Below are positions 34,138 through 44,195 of a stretch of DNA of 64,000 nucleotides, piece by piece (position 1 is the first letter of the stretch; each line of letters starts with the position of its first letter). The notes under the pieces are model-generated. The model saw only the letters and a program-made list of their open reading frames with translations, made no database searches and was not told the DNA's origin. The DNA is from Candidatus Woesearchaeota archaeon. GTDB taxonomy: Archaea > Nanobdellota > Nanobdellia > SCGC-AAA011-G17 > UBA489. The DNA lies in NCBI GenBank assembly GCA_018302985.1, contig JAGVZA010000005.1, positions 10,281 through 74,280 on the forward strand. Reading direction: 5' to 3'. The position numbers and the translations under genes are program-made.

Positions 34138-34938
34138 TTAACCCCCAAATAAAGGACTGTAATTTTTTGGAGTCTCTACATTATTTAAGGATATCGCAAA
34201 TGAAAAAGATAGATAGTCTGAAAGGAAAAAAGGTTTCTGTGTCTTAGCTGTAATGAGTAAAAGTTGATTTTCTTCCTTGATAGTCCAAATAAAATCTTGA
34301 GATAAAGAGCATTTAGTAGCACTTTCTGCACGATATTCTAAAAGACAGGGAATGTTGTTGGTAAGAGTAGTAAAAAATAAACCATACTCATGTAAGTCAT
34401 AAGAAAAACTTTCAGCATAAGTAACTGGGAAAGTATAAGTAACATGTTTTCCTTGATAAGAAAGAGGAGAGGCAAAAGATCCAGAAAAGTCCATGTGTCT
34501 AGAAGTAATTGCTAAACTCAAAGTAGAGGAAGGAAGTTTTTTGAGACTAGGATAAGAAGTTGCTTGTAGCGTAGCTTCCCAATGAGATTTAACCAAGGAT
34601 AAAAACTGTGCTTCAAATTGTGCTTGAGAAAAAGTGCAAGTAGGAGAAGAAAGTAAAAGAGGTTTGCCTTGGTAAAGAGAACAATCCTCACTGGAGAAAA
34701 AAGGTGCTAGTCCATCTTGGGTAAGTTGTTGCAAAGAAGTATGCACAGCATCACGTAATGCCTGACTCACATAAAAATTAATCCTTCGTTCATCCATAAC
34801 TTCATCTAAAACAGAAGCAGAAGTTTGTCCAACTGCAGTATAAGTAACAGAATGTTGCAGTAAAGTTAAAAAAATAAGAAGTACTCCAAATCCTAGGACA
34901 ATAAGGATAAGTGCACCAGTTCCTTGTTTAGAGATCAT
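34138..34938 (-). CDS. pilin-like protein (class III signal-like N-terminus), 266 aa
   Basis: MISKQG|TGALILIVLGFGVLLIFLTLL. 4-nt overlap with the upstream gene. Confidence 0.5.
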   Translation of the reverse strand: MISKQGTGALILIVLGFGVLLIFLTLLQHSVTYTAVGQTSASVLDEVMDERRINFYVSQALRDAVHTSLQQLTQDGLAPFFSSEDCSLYQGKPLLLSSPTCTFSQAQFEAQFLSLVKSHWEATLQATSYPSLKKLPSSTLSLAITSRHMDFSGSFASPLSYQGKHVTYTFPVTYAESFSYDLHEYGLFFTTLTNNIPCLLEYRAESATKCSLSQDFIWTIKEENQLLLITAKTQKPFFLSDYLSFSFAISLNNVETPKNYSPLFGG

Positions 34939-35486
34939 GCGTTAATCACACTCTGAGCTGCTTTCCACCAACGAAGTTCTACAATGATAGGGGTGTTTTT
35001 ATGAGGGAAGAGCAGTGATTGATGATGATAAGTTTTTCCAGAAACAGGAACAGGAGAAGAAACCCAGCTTTGAGTTTGTTGCTGTACAGTAAAGTTGGAA
35101 AGAGGAGTAACAAAAGTGAGTATCCAATCAATGTGGTTCGGCGTAACATAACTAATTTCTTTCTGTGCCGCTTGAATAAATAATTGGCGATAAGATTCTT
35201 GTTCTGTAGATGATAAAAAGGAAAATGTAAGTAAGTCTCCATAAGTATAGCCCTTATCTAAAAGTTCAGGAGGTGTAGTATAAAAAGGAGGATTTGTAGC
35301 AAGAGGAGACGCTAAAAAAGTCAGTAAGGCTCTGTCAAAAGCATCTTGAAAAGGTAAATCTGCAGCAGTAAGAGATTCTTCCACAGTCTGTTGCTGGAGA
35401 GTGCAAGAAGAAAAAATAAGTATTGCTAGGAGTAAAGGAATTGCAATAATGGCTTCTAACCAATAGTTGATAAGTCCCTTACGCAC
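34935..35486 (-). CDS. pilin-like protein, 183 aa
   Basis: MRKG|LINYWLEAIIAIPLLLAILIF. 8-nt overlap with the upstream gene. Confidence 0.5.
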   Translation of the reverse strand: MRKGLINYWLEAIIAIPLLLAILIFSSCTLQQQTVEESLTAADLPFQDAFDRALLTFLASPLATNPPFYTTPPELLDKGYTYGDLLTFSFLSSTEQESYRQLFIQAAQKEISYVTPNHIDWILTFVTPLSNFTVQQQTQSWVSSPVPVSGKTYHHQSLLFPHKNTPIIVELRWWKAAQSVINA

Positions 35487-35913
35487 GAGGCACCTCTACT
35501 CTAAAAAGAGCTCGCTTGCCTTCAACTAAAACATATTCTTGATAAAAAAGCTGTGAAAGCGGTTTTTCTCGTAAAGAATCTTGTGTAGTTGTTATGCGAA
35601 CTCCAGATTCATCAATCGTATCCAAGGTAATACGTAAGGGTCTAGTAGTGCAAGTTCGTAAATGAATATCAGTAAAAGAAGAAAGATTAAAATGACCATG
35701 TAACATTCTACTTCGATCATCATAAGTAGAAAAACAAACATCAACAAGCGAGCGTCCAAAATAATAATCATTGAGAGTTTCTTGTTGTTGGGCAATTTCA
35801 AAAAAAGATTTCCCTTGTCTAGCTTGAAGAGACATAAGAATTAATCCACAAACCAAAACTAAGATGATGGAATAAATAGTAACATGGGGAAGACTAAAAG
35901 AGCCTCGCTTCAT
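35479..35913 (-). CDS. pilin-like protein, 144 aa
   Basis: MKRG|SFSLPHVTIYSIILVLVCGLIL. 4-nt overlap with the upstream gene. Confidence 0.5.
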   Translation of the reverse strand: MKRGSFSLPHVTIYSIILVLVCGLILMSLQARQGKSFFEIAQQQETLNDYYFGRSLVDVCFSTYDDRSRMLHGHFNLSSFTDIHLRTCTTRPLRITLDTIDESGVRITTTQDSLREKPLSQLFYQEYVLVEGKRALFRVEVPRA

Positions 35914-36140
35914 TTTCCAACATCCTTTCCAGAAACAAATTTAAGGTTTTGCACTGAAGGAGAAATACGTAAAGCAGAGTCAGTTAATGCTTGGTCTATG
36001 GTCGGATAACTTACTGTAGCTTTAATCACTGCTTCCTTTTCTTGACTATAATCTTGTACATAAAGGCCAAACATAAAAAGAACTAAAATAAGAAGAATGA
36101 CAAAAAACAATTGTTCTACTACAATCTGACCTCTTTTCAT
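35910..36140 (-). CDS. small pilin-like protein, 76 aa
   Basis: MKRG|QIVVEQLFFVILLILVLF, with Glu at +5 after the predicted cleavage site. Confidence 0.55.
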   Translation of the reverse strand: MKRGQIVVEQLFFVILLILVLFMFGLYVQDYSQEKEAVIKATVSYPTIDQALTDSALRISPSVQNLKFVSGKDVGK

Positions 36141-36172
36141 AAATAGGAAAGGATAGAGCTAATTTATATGAG

Positions 36173-37528
36173 TTATGATTTCGGAAAAAGATCTACTGGT
36201 TGGTCATTAGGTGGTGAAGATTTAGGGAGTTGTTGTAAATACCTTTGAAATCCTAAGGCCAAAGCTTCTGCAAAGGCAGGTAAATGGTTGTCCAAAAGAG
36301 TAAATGTATTGGTGTTGTCTGTAAAGTCTATAAACACTGCTGGAATTTGTAAACGTTCTTTGTAAAAAAGAGGATGTGATTGTTCTAGAGTAGGTTGCGC
36401 TAAAAAGAGTCCTTGTTGTGCAGCTTGTTCTAAATTCAAAGGCTTTAAGTTTAGAGTAAAATCAAGCTTGTAGACTGCATGCTCAGGTGTATCTTGGAGT
36501 TGCTGGTTATGTAAATAAACTTTGCCTGATAAAGAGCGAAGTGACTGTTCTAGTGCTTCTGCAAAGAGTTTGCTTTGAGAAGAATCTTGTAAATAATAAA
36601 GAGTTACTATGTCTTGTGTAGTCGCTGTTGAATAAGAAACTAAAGGAGAAAGAATAAGGAGTTTGTCTGCTAGAGGTGGATTAAGATTCTTGGAAAAAGT
36701 AGTTAATTTTGCTGGAAGTGTATCTGTGAGTCGAGTATAATCAGCAGAAGGAAGAGTAAAGGGAAGAGCAATAGGAAGACCGCGCATAAAAGGACTAACT
36801 CGACTAGTAGAAACCAGACTAGAAGAGGAGAAAGATTGTTGCAAGGAAGATATTAAATCTTTACCTATAGTTAAAACACGTTCTGGATCTCCAGTATTAG
36901 GAGTATAACGATGATTAAAGAAAATGCTCATGAGTTGGTTTGGATAATCTCTTTTTTGTGCGCAAGTTGGCAAGCGTGAAGAATATGCCTCTGATAAAAT
37001 GGGAGTTTGATCTGCGGTAAAATCTAAAAAAGTAGTAGCTTGGCAAAGACGTCCATCAGGAGCGATATAAGCCATAAAATAATGGGTATCAAGAGGTAAT
37101 CTATAATAAGGAGAGGTAAATAAATCATACTCACTTAGTGGAGAAACTTTCCATTGTGTAGGTTTGGTATCATCAGAATAACCATAAGAGCATAAAGGTT
37201 TGTCATTTATTTTTTTGCTCAGTAAACGCTTGTTAGTTTCCTTTTTAGTTAAATCTAAATAAACACCATCTGCTGCAGTAATCAATTGAATGACATCTTC
37301 TTTAGGAAAAGAAGGAAGAGTAACATAAGGACAGTAGCAGTCTACTTGTTGAAAACTCATACATTCTTGCAAATAATTTTGTAATTGATCATAAACCATT
37401 CTTGAACGCACATCAATTTTATTCTCAAAAAAAACTTGATTAGTACAAGAAATGGTAACAATAATAAGGATAAGAGAAAGAATAAGACCTGTAAAAAAAG
37501 GAGAAAAAGATTCTTCTGCTCGTTTCAT
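36173..37528 (-). CDS. large pilin-like / pilus-associated protein, 451 aa
   Basis: MKRA|EESFSPFFTGLILSLILIIVTI, then a large ectodomain. Confidence 0.5.
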   Translation of the reverse strand: MKRAEESFSPFFTGLILSLILIIVTISCTNQVFFENKIDVRSRMVYDQLQNYLQECMSFQQVDCYCPYVTLPSFPKEDVIQLITAADGVYLDLTKKETNKRLLSKKINDKPLCSYGYSDDTKPTQWKVSPLSEYDLFTSPYYRLPLDTHYFMAYIAPDGRLCQATTFLDFTADQTPILSEAYSSRLPTCAQKRDYPNQLMSIFFNHRYTPNTGDPERVLTIGKDLISSLQQSFSSSSLVSTSRVSPFMRGLPIALPFTLPSADYTRLTDTLPAKLTTFSKNLNPPLADKLLILSPLVSYSTATTQDIVTLYYLQDSSQSKLFAEALEQSLRSLSGKVYLHNQQLQDTPEHAVYKLDFTLNLKPLNLEQAAQQGLFLAQPTLEQSHPLFYKERLQIPAVFIDFTDNTNTFTLLDNHLPAFAEALALGFQRYLQQLPKSSPPNDQPVDLFPKS

Positions 37529-37530
37529 AG

Positions 37531-37716
37531 TTATGGACCTATAATATCTTTAATAGGCGGTCTAGATTGATTAATCTCCTTGGAAATGGAAAAAATGGTG
37601 TTGAAAAAGTTGCTCACTTGTTCTCGAAACATGACAGACAAAACAAGTAAGACTAAAATAGCAAGAATAAAGAGAATAACATACTGTAGTTCTAATGCCC
37701 CTTTTTTAAATAGCAT
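37531..37716 (-). CDS. small pilin-like protein, 61 aa
   Basis: MLFKKG|ALELQYVILFILAILVLLVL. Own TATA box (TTTAAATAAC) about 25 nt upstream. Confidence 0.55.
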   Translation of the reverse strand: MLFKKGALELQYVILFILAILVLLVLSVMFREQVSNFFNTIFSISKEINQSRPPIKDIIGP

Positions 37717-37826
37717 ATAAGAAGTTAGAGGAATGTGTTATTTAAAGGTTATGGAGTTCGTCAAAAACATTATTTATCTGAATCAGTAATAGAAAAGTGT
37801 GACAAGTTATGTGCAAAACTAGGTTT

Positions 37827-38999
37827 TTATTTCTTGTTAGGGACTATTAATTTTTGTATTCCTGTAAATAATACTTTACCTTCTCCCGTAGAAACTTGCA
37901 CAATCAGCTCTGGATATCCAATATCTAGTATGTTTTCTGTTGTCCAACTCACTTTTATTTTATCTCCATCGCGTACTATCGCTTGTTCTGTAAATGTAGC
38001 AACTTCGTCAGGTTTACCAACATCACTATCTAAAATTTTAATGACTAAATCTTCTACAATGCAATCAATAACTTTAAGATTAATAGTGACTTTTTCTCCT
38101 AAATCTTTTCTTTCTTGAAGTTCTTCTTCCCACCATTTTTTTGGAGTTTCCAAAGTTTTTCCAAATTCATCTCCCCAATAAGTATAACCTGCAAAAGCTG
38201 CTTGCACTTTACAAGCATTAGGTTTTAGTTGCTGAGCTGGAGTGGATTCATCACATAAGGGTCTATTGATATAAGTTCCAGAAAATTGTGGATTAATAAA
38301 ACACATCTGATCTGGTGTAGGCTTATAAAAATAAATTAAGAAAGGAATAGTATGGCTATCAGTAAGAAGATTTTCATTATTGGTATAAGTAAGGCTAAAC
38401 ATTGCATCCTTGCTATCTTCAATAGGTCCACTCGTCGATTGAGTCGCAAAAAAAGATTCCAAAGGATAAAGTTGTTGAGTTAAGGGTAAGGGTATAGTAA
38501 GAGATGCTGGAAAAGTATTTGCTGTAATATAACAAAGACGTTTTCTCTTTGATGCTGTATCTAAACCAAGAGGAATGCGTTTTTGTAAAACAAACTGTTT
38601 TCCTTCCTCGATGCGATAGGGGAAAAGATAGTAGCCTAAATTAGGATCTCGTTTAAGTGTAAAGGTATATTTCTCATCACCCGAGCTGGAAAGTGGTATT
38701 CTGCAAAAACAGTCACTTTTCGGTGAATTAAAACAGCTTTGAAAACTTGTAACGAAAGAGGTATATTTAGCTAGGAAATCTCCATCTGCTTGTGTTTTTC
38801 TTACCTCTTCTTCTTTGCCTGTAAGCTTGTCAAATCCAGCTTTGATGTCCTTGCTAATCTCTCGCAAAGTGCCATATTGCTCTGAAGATCCTTTTTGAAA
38901 AAAGGGAACAAGAACAAAAATAACTATAAGTGCGAGAACAGTTATAATAAGAAGATTAGGAATTTCTGTTGTTGCCTTTTTTGAAGAAAGAAGAGTCAT
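37827..38999 (-). CDS. large pilin-like / pilus-associated protein, 390 aa
   Basis: MTLLSSKKA|TTEIPNLLIITVLALIVIFVLV. ATGA overlap with the upstream small ORF. Confidence 0.5.
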   Translation of the reverse strand: MTLLSSKKATTEIPNLLIITVLALIVIFVLVPFFQKGSSEQYGTLREISKDIKAGFDKLTGKEEEVRKTQADGDFLAKYTSFVTSFQSCFNSPKSDCFCRIPLSSSGDEKYTFTLKRDPNLGYYLFPYRIEEGKQFVLQKRIPLGLDTASKRKRLCYITANTFPASLTIPLPLTQQLYPLESFFATQSTSGPIEDSKDAMFSLTYTNNENLLTDSHTIPFLIYFYKPTPDQMCFINPQFSGTYINRPLCDESTPAQQLKPNACKVQAAFAGYTYWGDEFGKTLETPKKWWEEELQERKDLGEKVTINLKVIDCIVEDLVIKILDSDVGKPDEVATFTEQAIVRDGDKIKVSWTTENILDIGYPELIVQVSTGEGKVLFTGIQKLIVPNKK

Positions 39000-39166
39000 T
39001 TTCTAGTAAGTAACCCCAAAATTCTATCAAAAATACTAGAAGATTCTCCTCGCAAAATACCAGAATAGATTAAGAGAATAACAAGAACAACTAAAGCTAT
39101 AACTAAAATAACTACTTGTTCAATAGTTATATTTCCTTTAGTTTTAGCCTGAGACAACAGTATCAC
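38996..39166 (-). CDS. small pilin-like protein, 56 aa (not in ORF track; GTG start assumed)
   Basis: Manual translation gives (M)ILLSQAKTKG|NITIEQVVILVIALVVLVILLIYSGILRGESSSIFDRILGLLTRK. Overlaps both neighbouring genes. Confidence 0.45.
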   Translation of the reverse strand: MILLSQAKTKGNITIEQVVILVIALVVLVILLIYSGILRGESSSIFDRILGLLTRK

Positions 39167-40043
39167 ATCTTTGTTTTTCTAAAGTTTTGTAATCAGTCAA
39201 AAAAATTGCTCCAGTATCTGTTCCTAATTCAAAATAATCAAAAAGGAAATAGCCTGTAGCATGAACATTCAAGCTAACATAACAAATACCTGAAGCTGCT
39301 GATACTCCAATAATGGGGCCGACTACAGGAACAATCCATCCTACTACAAAACCAATTCCAACACCTGCTGCGCAAGTACCGGCAAAACTTTCTGCCGTAT
39401 CTAGCAATTTAGAAAATGAACCACGAGAGACAGTAACATAAGTTATACCATAATTTTTGCCAGTGTCTAATGTACCTGAAGATGATTTTGAATTAATACC
39501 AATACCTCCTTGAAGATCAGCAACTATAGTGTTTCCATCTTTTTTAAATTCAGTATTGTAATCTAGTCCTGAAGCTGTTTCCATGCGTAAAGCGGCTGAG
39601 TGTAAATCTGCTTCTGTAATAAAGGGTGTTGTTTTATCTGTTTCCAGTGAATAGCAAATATAACAATATTGATGAGAAATAAATCCAGCGGCTTTTGGTC
39701 CTCCAACCATCTCCTTGCAAGTCAGCATTTTATCTAAGATAATGTGCATGGCTGCATCTTTCTGAGTTTCTCCTTTGTCCCGTTGTTTGTCAATAAATTT
39801 ATCATTAAATTTGATAATGGAAGTTGAGCACCAAGGTTTAACATGTGTAGAAAACACAGGTAATTGATTCAGCATAAGACTAAAACTGCAGCGCCATTCT
39901 TGTAAGCTCAGACGAGTAGATGTAGAGCCTACTTTAGTGATCATAGGAATAGTAACAATAAGAAAAACAACTGTGAGAATAAGAACAATGATAAGATTAG
40001 TACTTAATTCAAAACCTCTTTTATTAAAAAAAGTTTTACCCAT
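39144..40043 (-). CDS. pilin-like protein, 299 aa
   Basis: MGKTFFNKRG|FELSTNLIIVLILTVVFLIVTI. Cys-containing ectodomain and a C-terminal hydrophobic Gly-rich segment. Confidence 0.55.
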   Translation of the reverse strand: MGKTFFNKRGFELSTNLIIVLILTVVFLIVTIPMITKVGSTSTRLSLQEWRCSFSLMLNQLPVFSTHVKPWCSTSIIKFNDKFIDKQRDKGETQKDAAMHIILDKMLTCKEMVGGPKAAGFISHQYCYICYSLETDKTTPFITEADLHSAALRMETASGLDYNTEFKKDGNTIVADLQGGIGINSKSSSGTLDTGKNYGITYVTVSRGSFSKLLDTAESFAGTCAAGVGIGFVVGWIVPVVGPIIGVSAASGICYVSLNVHATGYFLFDYFELGTDTGAIFLTDYKTLEKQRCDTVVSG

Positions 40044-40176
40044 GGATGAATCTCCCGATTGCTAGAAAAATAAGAACACCTATAAGTATGGTCAATAAGA
40101 TATATACCAGCTCTTTTTCCATAAGAACAAAAGAAGTTAGCTTATTTATAAAGATTGAGGAAATAAACTTAAATCA

Positions 40177-40662
40177 TCATTTATTGGAATCGAGAACTGT
40201 TTGTATCTTTTGAAGACAATACTCTGATGGGGATTGCACTTTTTCTGTAGTTGTACCGTCTGCGTTAGGAATAGTAACAGTTTGAGGACAAGGAACATCT
40301 AAAGATTCATCGCCTGATCTAGGATAACAATAATACTTATCATATTGTTTTACATCGCCAGTCATATCAAATTCTGCTTCACCATCATTGTTTTCATCAA
40401 TAGAGAAACTTTCCTTGCAATAAGCTGAGCTGGTCCAAGAAGATTGAGGCAAGATTTCTAGAGAATCACAGCGTGCTTTGCAAATACCTACTGCAGTTAC
40501 TCTGTCTTGTCCTGCAATAGTGTCATAAAAGAAGCCACGAATGAATTTAGAAACGCCACTAGTACCGCCTAAGAAGAAAGCACCGACAACAAATAAGACT
40601 AATACGACGAGAATTGCAATAATCACCGTATTCATTGGTAATGCTTGAGCTTTACGAGACAT
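40177..40662 (-). CDS. candidate major pilin, 161 aa
   Basis: MSRKAQA|LPMNTVIIAILVVLVLFVVGAFFLGG, then a Cys-containing globular domain. Own TATA box plus a GAGGT Shine-Dalgarno. Start moved to the ATG at 40662. Confidence 0.6.
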   Translation of the reverse strand: MSRKAQALPMNTVIIAILVVLVLFVVGAFFLGGTSGVSKFIRGFFYDTIAGQDRVTAVGICKARCDSLEILPQSSWTSSAYCKESFSIDENNDGEAEFDMTGDVKQYDKYYCYPRSGDESLDVPCPQTVTIPNADGTTTEKVQSPSEYCLQKIQTVLDSNK

Positions 40663-40668
40663 AACTTG

Positions 40669-40716
40669 AACCTCTTTTCTAAAAACGTTCAACGATCCTT
40701 CCTATATAAATATTGT
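40669..40716 (-). promoter_or_regulatory. promoter (TATA ATATTTATATAGG) and GAGGT Shine-Dalgarno of the candidate major pilin
   Basis: On the minus strand the TATA-like box lies at 40701..40716 and GAGGTT at 40669..40674, with GAGGT ending 7 nt before the ATG (40662). Confidence 0.4.
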
Positions 40717-40755
40717 GGTCATTTTTTTGAATCATAGAATGTCTCCTAACTAGGA

Positions 40756-40965
40756 TTAGTCTTTCTTTTTGAAGCCTATAAACAAAGCAAGAGCTCCAAC
40801 AACAGTAATAATAATGGAATAAATACTGCCACTAGAAGGAATAAAGTTCAAGAAAGAAAGAAAACTAATGCCTTGAAGAAAGGGAAGTAACCCTAAAAAT
40901 AAAGTAAGTAATCCGAATAAAATGAAAAGTGTTTTCATATGATGCCTCCTTAGGTAAGTATACAA
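40756..40965 (-). CDS. small two-helix membrane protein, 69 aa
   Basis: Two hydrophobic helices. 16-nt overlap with the upstream gene. Confidence 0.4.
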   Translation of the reverse strand: MYTYLRRHHMKTLFILFGLLTLFLGLLPFLQGISFLSFLNFIPSSGSIYSIIITVVGALALFIGFKKKD

Positions 40966-41369
40966 GAATAGTCTGTTAGTGTTTTTAAAAGTTGTTCTTG
41001 TTGTACTTTAGTTTGAATTTGCCTTTTGCAAAGATGGTAAAGATTATCTAGCTCCTCGCGAAGAAACACGCTTTCATTGGCAATTTCCTCGCCCTTGCGA
41101 ATTTGTTCACAAAAATGATGAACTATAAAGCGCATAATTTTGATAACTAATTGGCGGCGTTTAAGGAAAAATGAGCCTTGATGTTTGCTTGCATCCGCTA
41201 AGAGGAATTGCTCAATAGTGCGAACTGATTGTAAGGCGTTGGAAATATTGTCTAGCACTTGCTGTTCTTTCTTGTTTAATTCTTGAACGTTCGTTAGTCT
41301 TCTCTTCAAAAGAAACTTTAAACTAATCAAATCTGTTTCCAAAAGTTGAGTTACAAGTTGTTGTGTCAT
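40950..41369 (-). CDS. soluble helical protein of the pilus operon, 139 aa
   Basis: No TM segment. Heptad-like Leu/Gln-rich sequence. 1-nt gap to the upstream gene. Confidence 0.4.
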   Translation of the reverse strand: MTQQLVTQLLETDLISLKFLLKRRLTNVQELNKKEQQVLDNISNALQSVRTIEQFLLADASKHQGSFFLKRRQLVIKIMRFIVHHFCEQIRKGEEIANESVFLREELDNLYHLCKRQIQTKVQQEQLLKTLTDYSCILT

Positions 41370-41370
41370 A

Positions 41371-42048
41371 CTAACGATCTTTCCAGCCTTTCCAGATCAA
41401 ACTGCCTATAATTAAAAATCCGCCAATAGCAGCCATCTGAGCGAAGGTTAAATCCATACTAAAAGAGAATTGATTACAGTCAAACAGCCAATAAAAATTT
41501 GTACAGAGCCATGTCTGTAAATCATTGAAAAGACTCGTCAATAAAACAATAGCAAGTAAAGTACCTACAACTGCAGCCCAATGTTTTTCAGTTGCTTTAA
41601 AAATACCATAATAAATACCTGCTAAAAGTGCAGCAAGAAGAACAATGATGCCGACAGGACCTAACTCATAAATAATGTAGATACCTTGTCGTTCTTCCCA
41701 GATCATAAGTCCTAAAGTAAGAGCTAATCCTACTGCCACATACAAAGATTTACCGCCCGTGTTAAAGTGTTTCAAAAAGACAGCTTTACCTATACTTAAA
41801 AAGATTATAAGAAAAATTATAGAGTCGATATAAACATGAAATTCTTCATAAAAATTAGTAATACTAAGTTGACCACCGCCATAAAATCCACCATAGCCAC
41901 CACCATATCCTCCGCCGTAACTATAATCACGATAAACTAATGCACCAGTAGGATCAAAACTAGGTTGCATGAAAATTCCCACAGTAACAATAGCTATGAA
42001 AACAAGTGCTATAGAAATCCACGGGATACGAGAAACCTCTTTTTGCAT
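41371..42048 (-). CDS. polytopic membrane protein with an extracellular GGY-repeat loop
   Basis: TM helix, then QPSFDPTGALVY, then YSYGGGYGGGYGGFYGGG, then about 5 TM helices. Confidence 0.5.
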   Translation of the reverse strand: MQKEVSRIPWISIALVFIAIVTVGIFMQPSFDPTGALVYRDYSYGGGYGGGYGGFYGGGQLSITNFYEEFHVYIDSIIFLIIFLSIGKAVFLKHFNTGGKSLYVAVGLALTLGLMIWEERQGIYIIYELGPVGIIVLLAALLAGIYYGIFKATEKHWAAVVGTLLAIVLLTSLFNDLQTWLCTNFYWLFDCNQFSFSMDLTFAQMAAIGGFLIIGSLIWKGWKDR

Positions 42049-42083
42049 AAAAGAAATTCATCCTTAGAACTATATAAAGATTG

Positions 42084-44195
42084 CTAACTAACGCCTACAA
42101 AGCTAACTGTATTGGCTAAAAGAGTAAAGACAACAATGCCTATAAAACTTACTAGAAAATAAAGAATGCCTGCAGTCAAAAGATTTTTGCTAAGACGCTG
42201 GTGTGTAGTAGTCTGATCATATCCTCGTTCAATGCGTGTAGATAATAAAGTAAGAATAATAGTGATCTGTACAACATAAATGCCAACAACTAACTGAAAA
42301 TAATAGCTGGGAATAACATCTTTAATATCCAAAACACTGACTAAAGCGCTAATGCCTCCAGTCAATCCTTGTTCTGGATTCTCTAGACTTGCAAATTGTT
42401 CTCCTAATTTGTTAATGATTGTAACCACCATGCTGCCCACACCAACAACTATGCCTGCAATTAAGGGAGTCAAAAAAGTAATTTGGCTAGTCATGCTGCT
42501 TAAGACATCTGCTAGTAAATCTTTCAATCGTTCATTAATGCGATAAATTCTAGTGATATAATCGCTGATAGTTAACAAGCTTCTGCTGACAATTTGTGAA
42601 CCTTTTTTTGCGCTTTCAACTAGAACTTTCATCGTGCTTTCAATTAAAGAACTTGGGAAAAATAATAAAGCTCCACGTTGGGGATGAAATATAGCTTCTT
42701 TAATGCTCATGCCTGCATTGCGAATATTCATGTTGACAATTCTAAAGAAATCACCAGTAGGTGTTCCTTGCATTTGTTGACTGACATCACCGAAAGCAAT
42801 CTCTGCTGGAATGCCATCGCCAATTCTATTGCCTAATTGAAATAATGCACCGCTAAACTCAACTTCCAAGGCATCTGTCTTTTCTTTGAAGGCAATCAGT
42901 TTTCTGCTTTTGACCCAATAGAAAAAAGCTAATCCTAAGGAAAGTCCAAGAGGAATCAAGAGACTCAAAAAGAGTGCACCTACTCCGTAAGGCCCATTGC
43001 CTCCTTTAAAGTCAAAGAATTCTCCGCCGAAAAAAGGAAAATCAAAGTCAGGACTAAAAAAATAAATATAAATAGGAATAAATCCTACAATGCAAAATAA
43101 CGAAATAATGGATAAAGTAATAGACAAAGGAGACACTCCATTTGCTAAGCTTTGATAGCGCTTCAAATCTGGATGTTGTAAAAGAATGTCATTTTCTCCA
43201 TAGCCCGTAGGTCTGGTGTTAAGCATAGAATTACCCAGATACATGACTAAAAAAGGTAAAATTAAATTATAAAGAAATGCAATATGATACCATTTAACCA
43301 GTCCTGATAAAAAACTGCCAATCATAGGAAACATGACTAAACCCAGAATAGGTAAGATAATACCTAACATGTGTAAGACAGTAATGGGGCTTTTCAAATT
43401 GTGTGCATAATGCAGCATCTTGTCATAAGTTCCATCCAGCATGACTTGTAAAGATTTTTCCAATAATTCCAAGCGTTTGCCTTCGCTCTGCTCATACAAA
43501 CTTCCTTCAATCAAATGAAAAGATTCTAAAAATTCTAAGTTGTATTTTCTCCATTGTTCTAAATAAGCATCCAAACTTTCTTTGATTGTAAAATATTCTT
43601 CAGTTTCTATTTGCCAAAAGACACGTTTTAAATCTAAGCTTAAAGGTCCTCCTAAGTGTTCTGCGGCAAATTTGACTGCATGTTCTAAATTAGAAGTATG
43701 ACGCATGTACATGACAATATACAGAATACACAAAACCATTTGATTGCTCACTTGTAATCTCCATCGAGTTGCAAAATAATGAGGTAATCTTGACAAAGGT
43801 TTAATTAAAACTACACCTGCTAAAATAAAAAATAAGCTAGCAGATAACAAAAGACTGCCAGCAACATAGCTGATTACTCCAATAAAGACGCCAAAAAATA
43901 CTAGGGCTAAAGAAGCTAAAGCAGCGAAGCTAGCGGTGCTGTTAGGTGTAATATCTAGATGAGAAATACGCAGAGATTCTTGAATTGCTGGAAGTTCTTT
44001 GTCTTGAACTTTAACTGGAAGAAGATGTTCTGCAAATTTGCACCATTGCTCATAATAAGTAAATCGTTTCTCCAAAGCTTCTTTGCGAAATAAGAGATAT
44101 TCGCGAGATTGCACTGGAGAATATAAAGAATCTCCTGTTGATGCTTCAAGACGCTGTTGATATTTGCGGACAACGTCGTCTACTGTCGAATTCAT
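42084..44195 (-). CDS. polytopic membrane platform protein (TadC/FlaJ/PilC-like by position and topology), 703 aa
   Basis: 4-nt overlap with the ATPase gene. Many TM helices alternate with cytoplasmic helical domains. Family membership not verified by motif. Confidence 0.55.
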   Translation of the reverse strand: MNSTVDDVVRKYQQRLEASTGDSLYSPVQSREYLLFRKEALEKRFTYYEQWCKFAEHLLPVKVQDKELPAIQESLRISHLDITPNSTASFAALASLALVFFGVFIGVISYVAGSLLLSASLFFILAGVVLIKPLSRLPHYFATRWRLQVSNQMVLCILYIVMYMRHTSNLEHAVKFAAEHLGGPLSLDLKRVFWQIETEEYFTIKESLDAYLEQWRKYNLEFLESFHLIEGSLYEQSEGKRLELLEKSLQVMLDGTYDKMLHYAHNLKSPITVLHMLGIILPILGLVMFPMIGSFLSGLVKWYHIAFLYNLILPFLVMYLGNSMLNTRPTGYGENDILLQHPDLKRYQSLANGVSPLSITLSIISLFCIVGFIPIYIYFFSPDFDFPFFGGEFFDFKGGNGPYGVGALFLSLLIPLGLSLGLAFFYWVKSRKLIAFKEKTDALEVEFSGALFQLGNRIGDGIPAEIAFGDVSQQMQGTPTGDFFRIVNMNIRNAGMSIKEAIFHPQRGALLFFPSSLIESTMKVLVESAKKGSQIVSRSLLTISDYITRIYRINERLKDLLADVLSSMTSQITFLTPLIAGIVVGVGSMVVTIINKLGEQFASLENPEQGLTGGISALVSVLDIKDVIPSYYFQLVVGIYVVQITIILTLLSTRIERGYDQTTTHQRLSKNLLTAGILYFLVSFIGIVVFTLLANTVSFVGVS

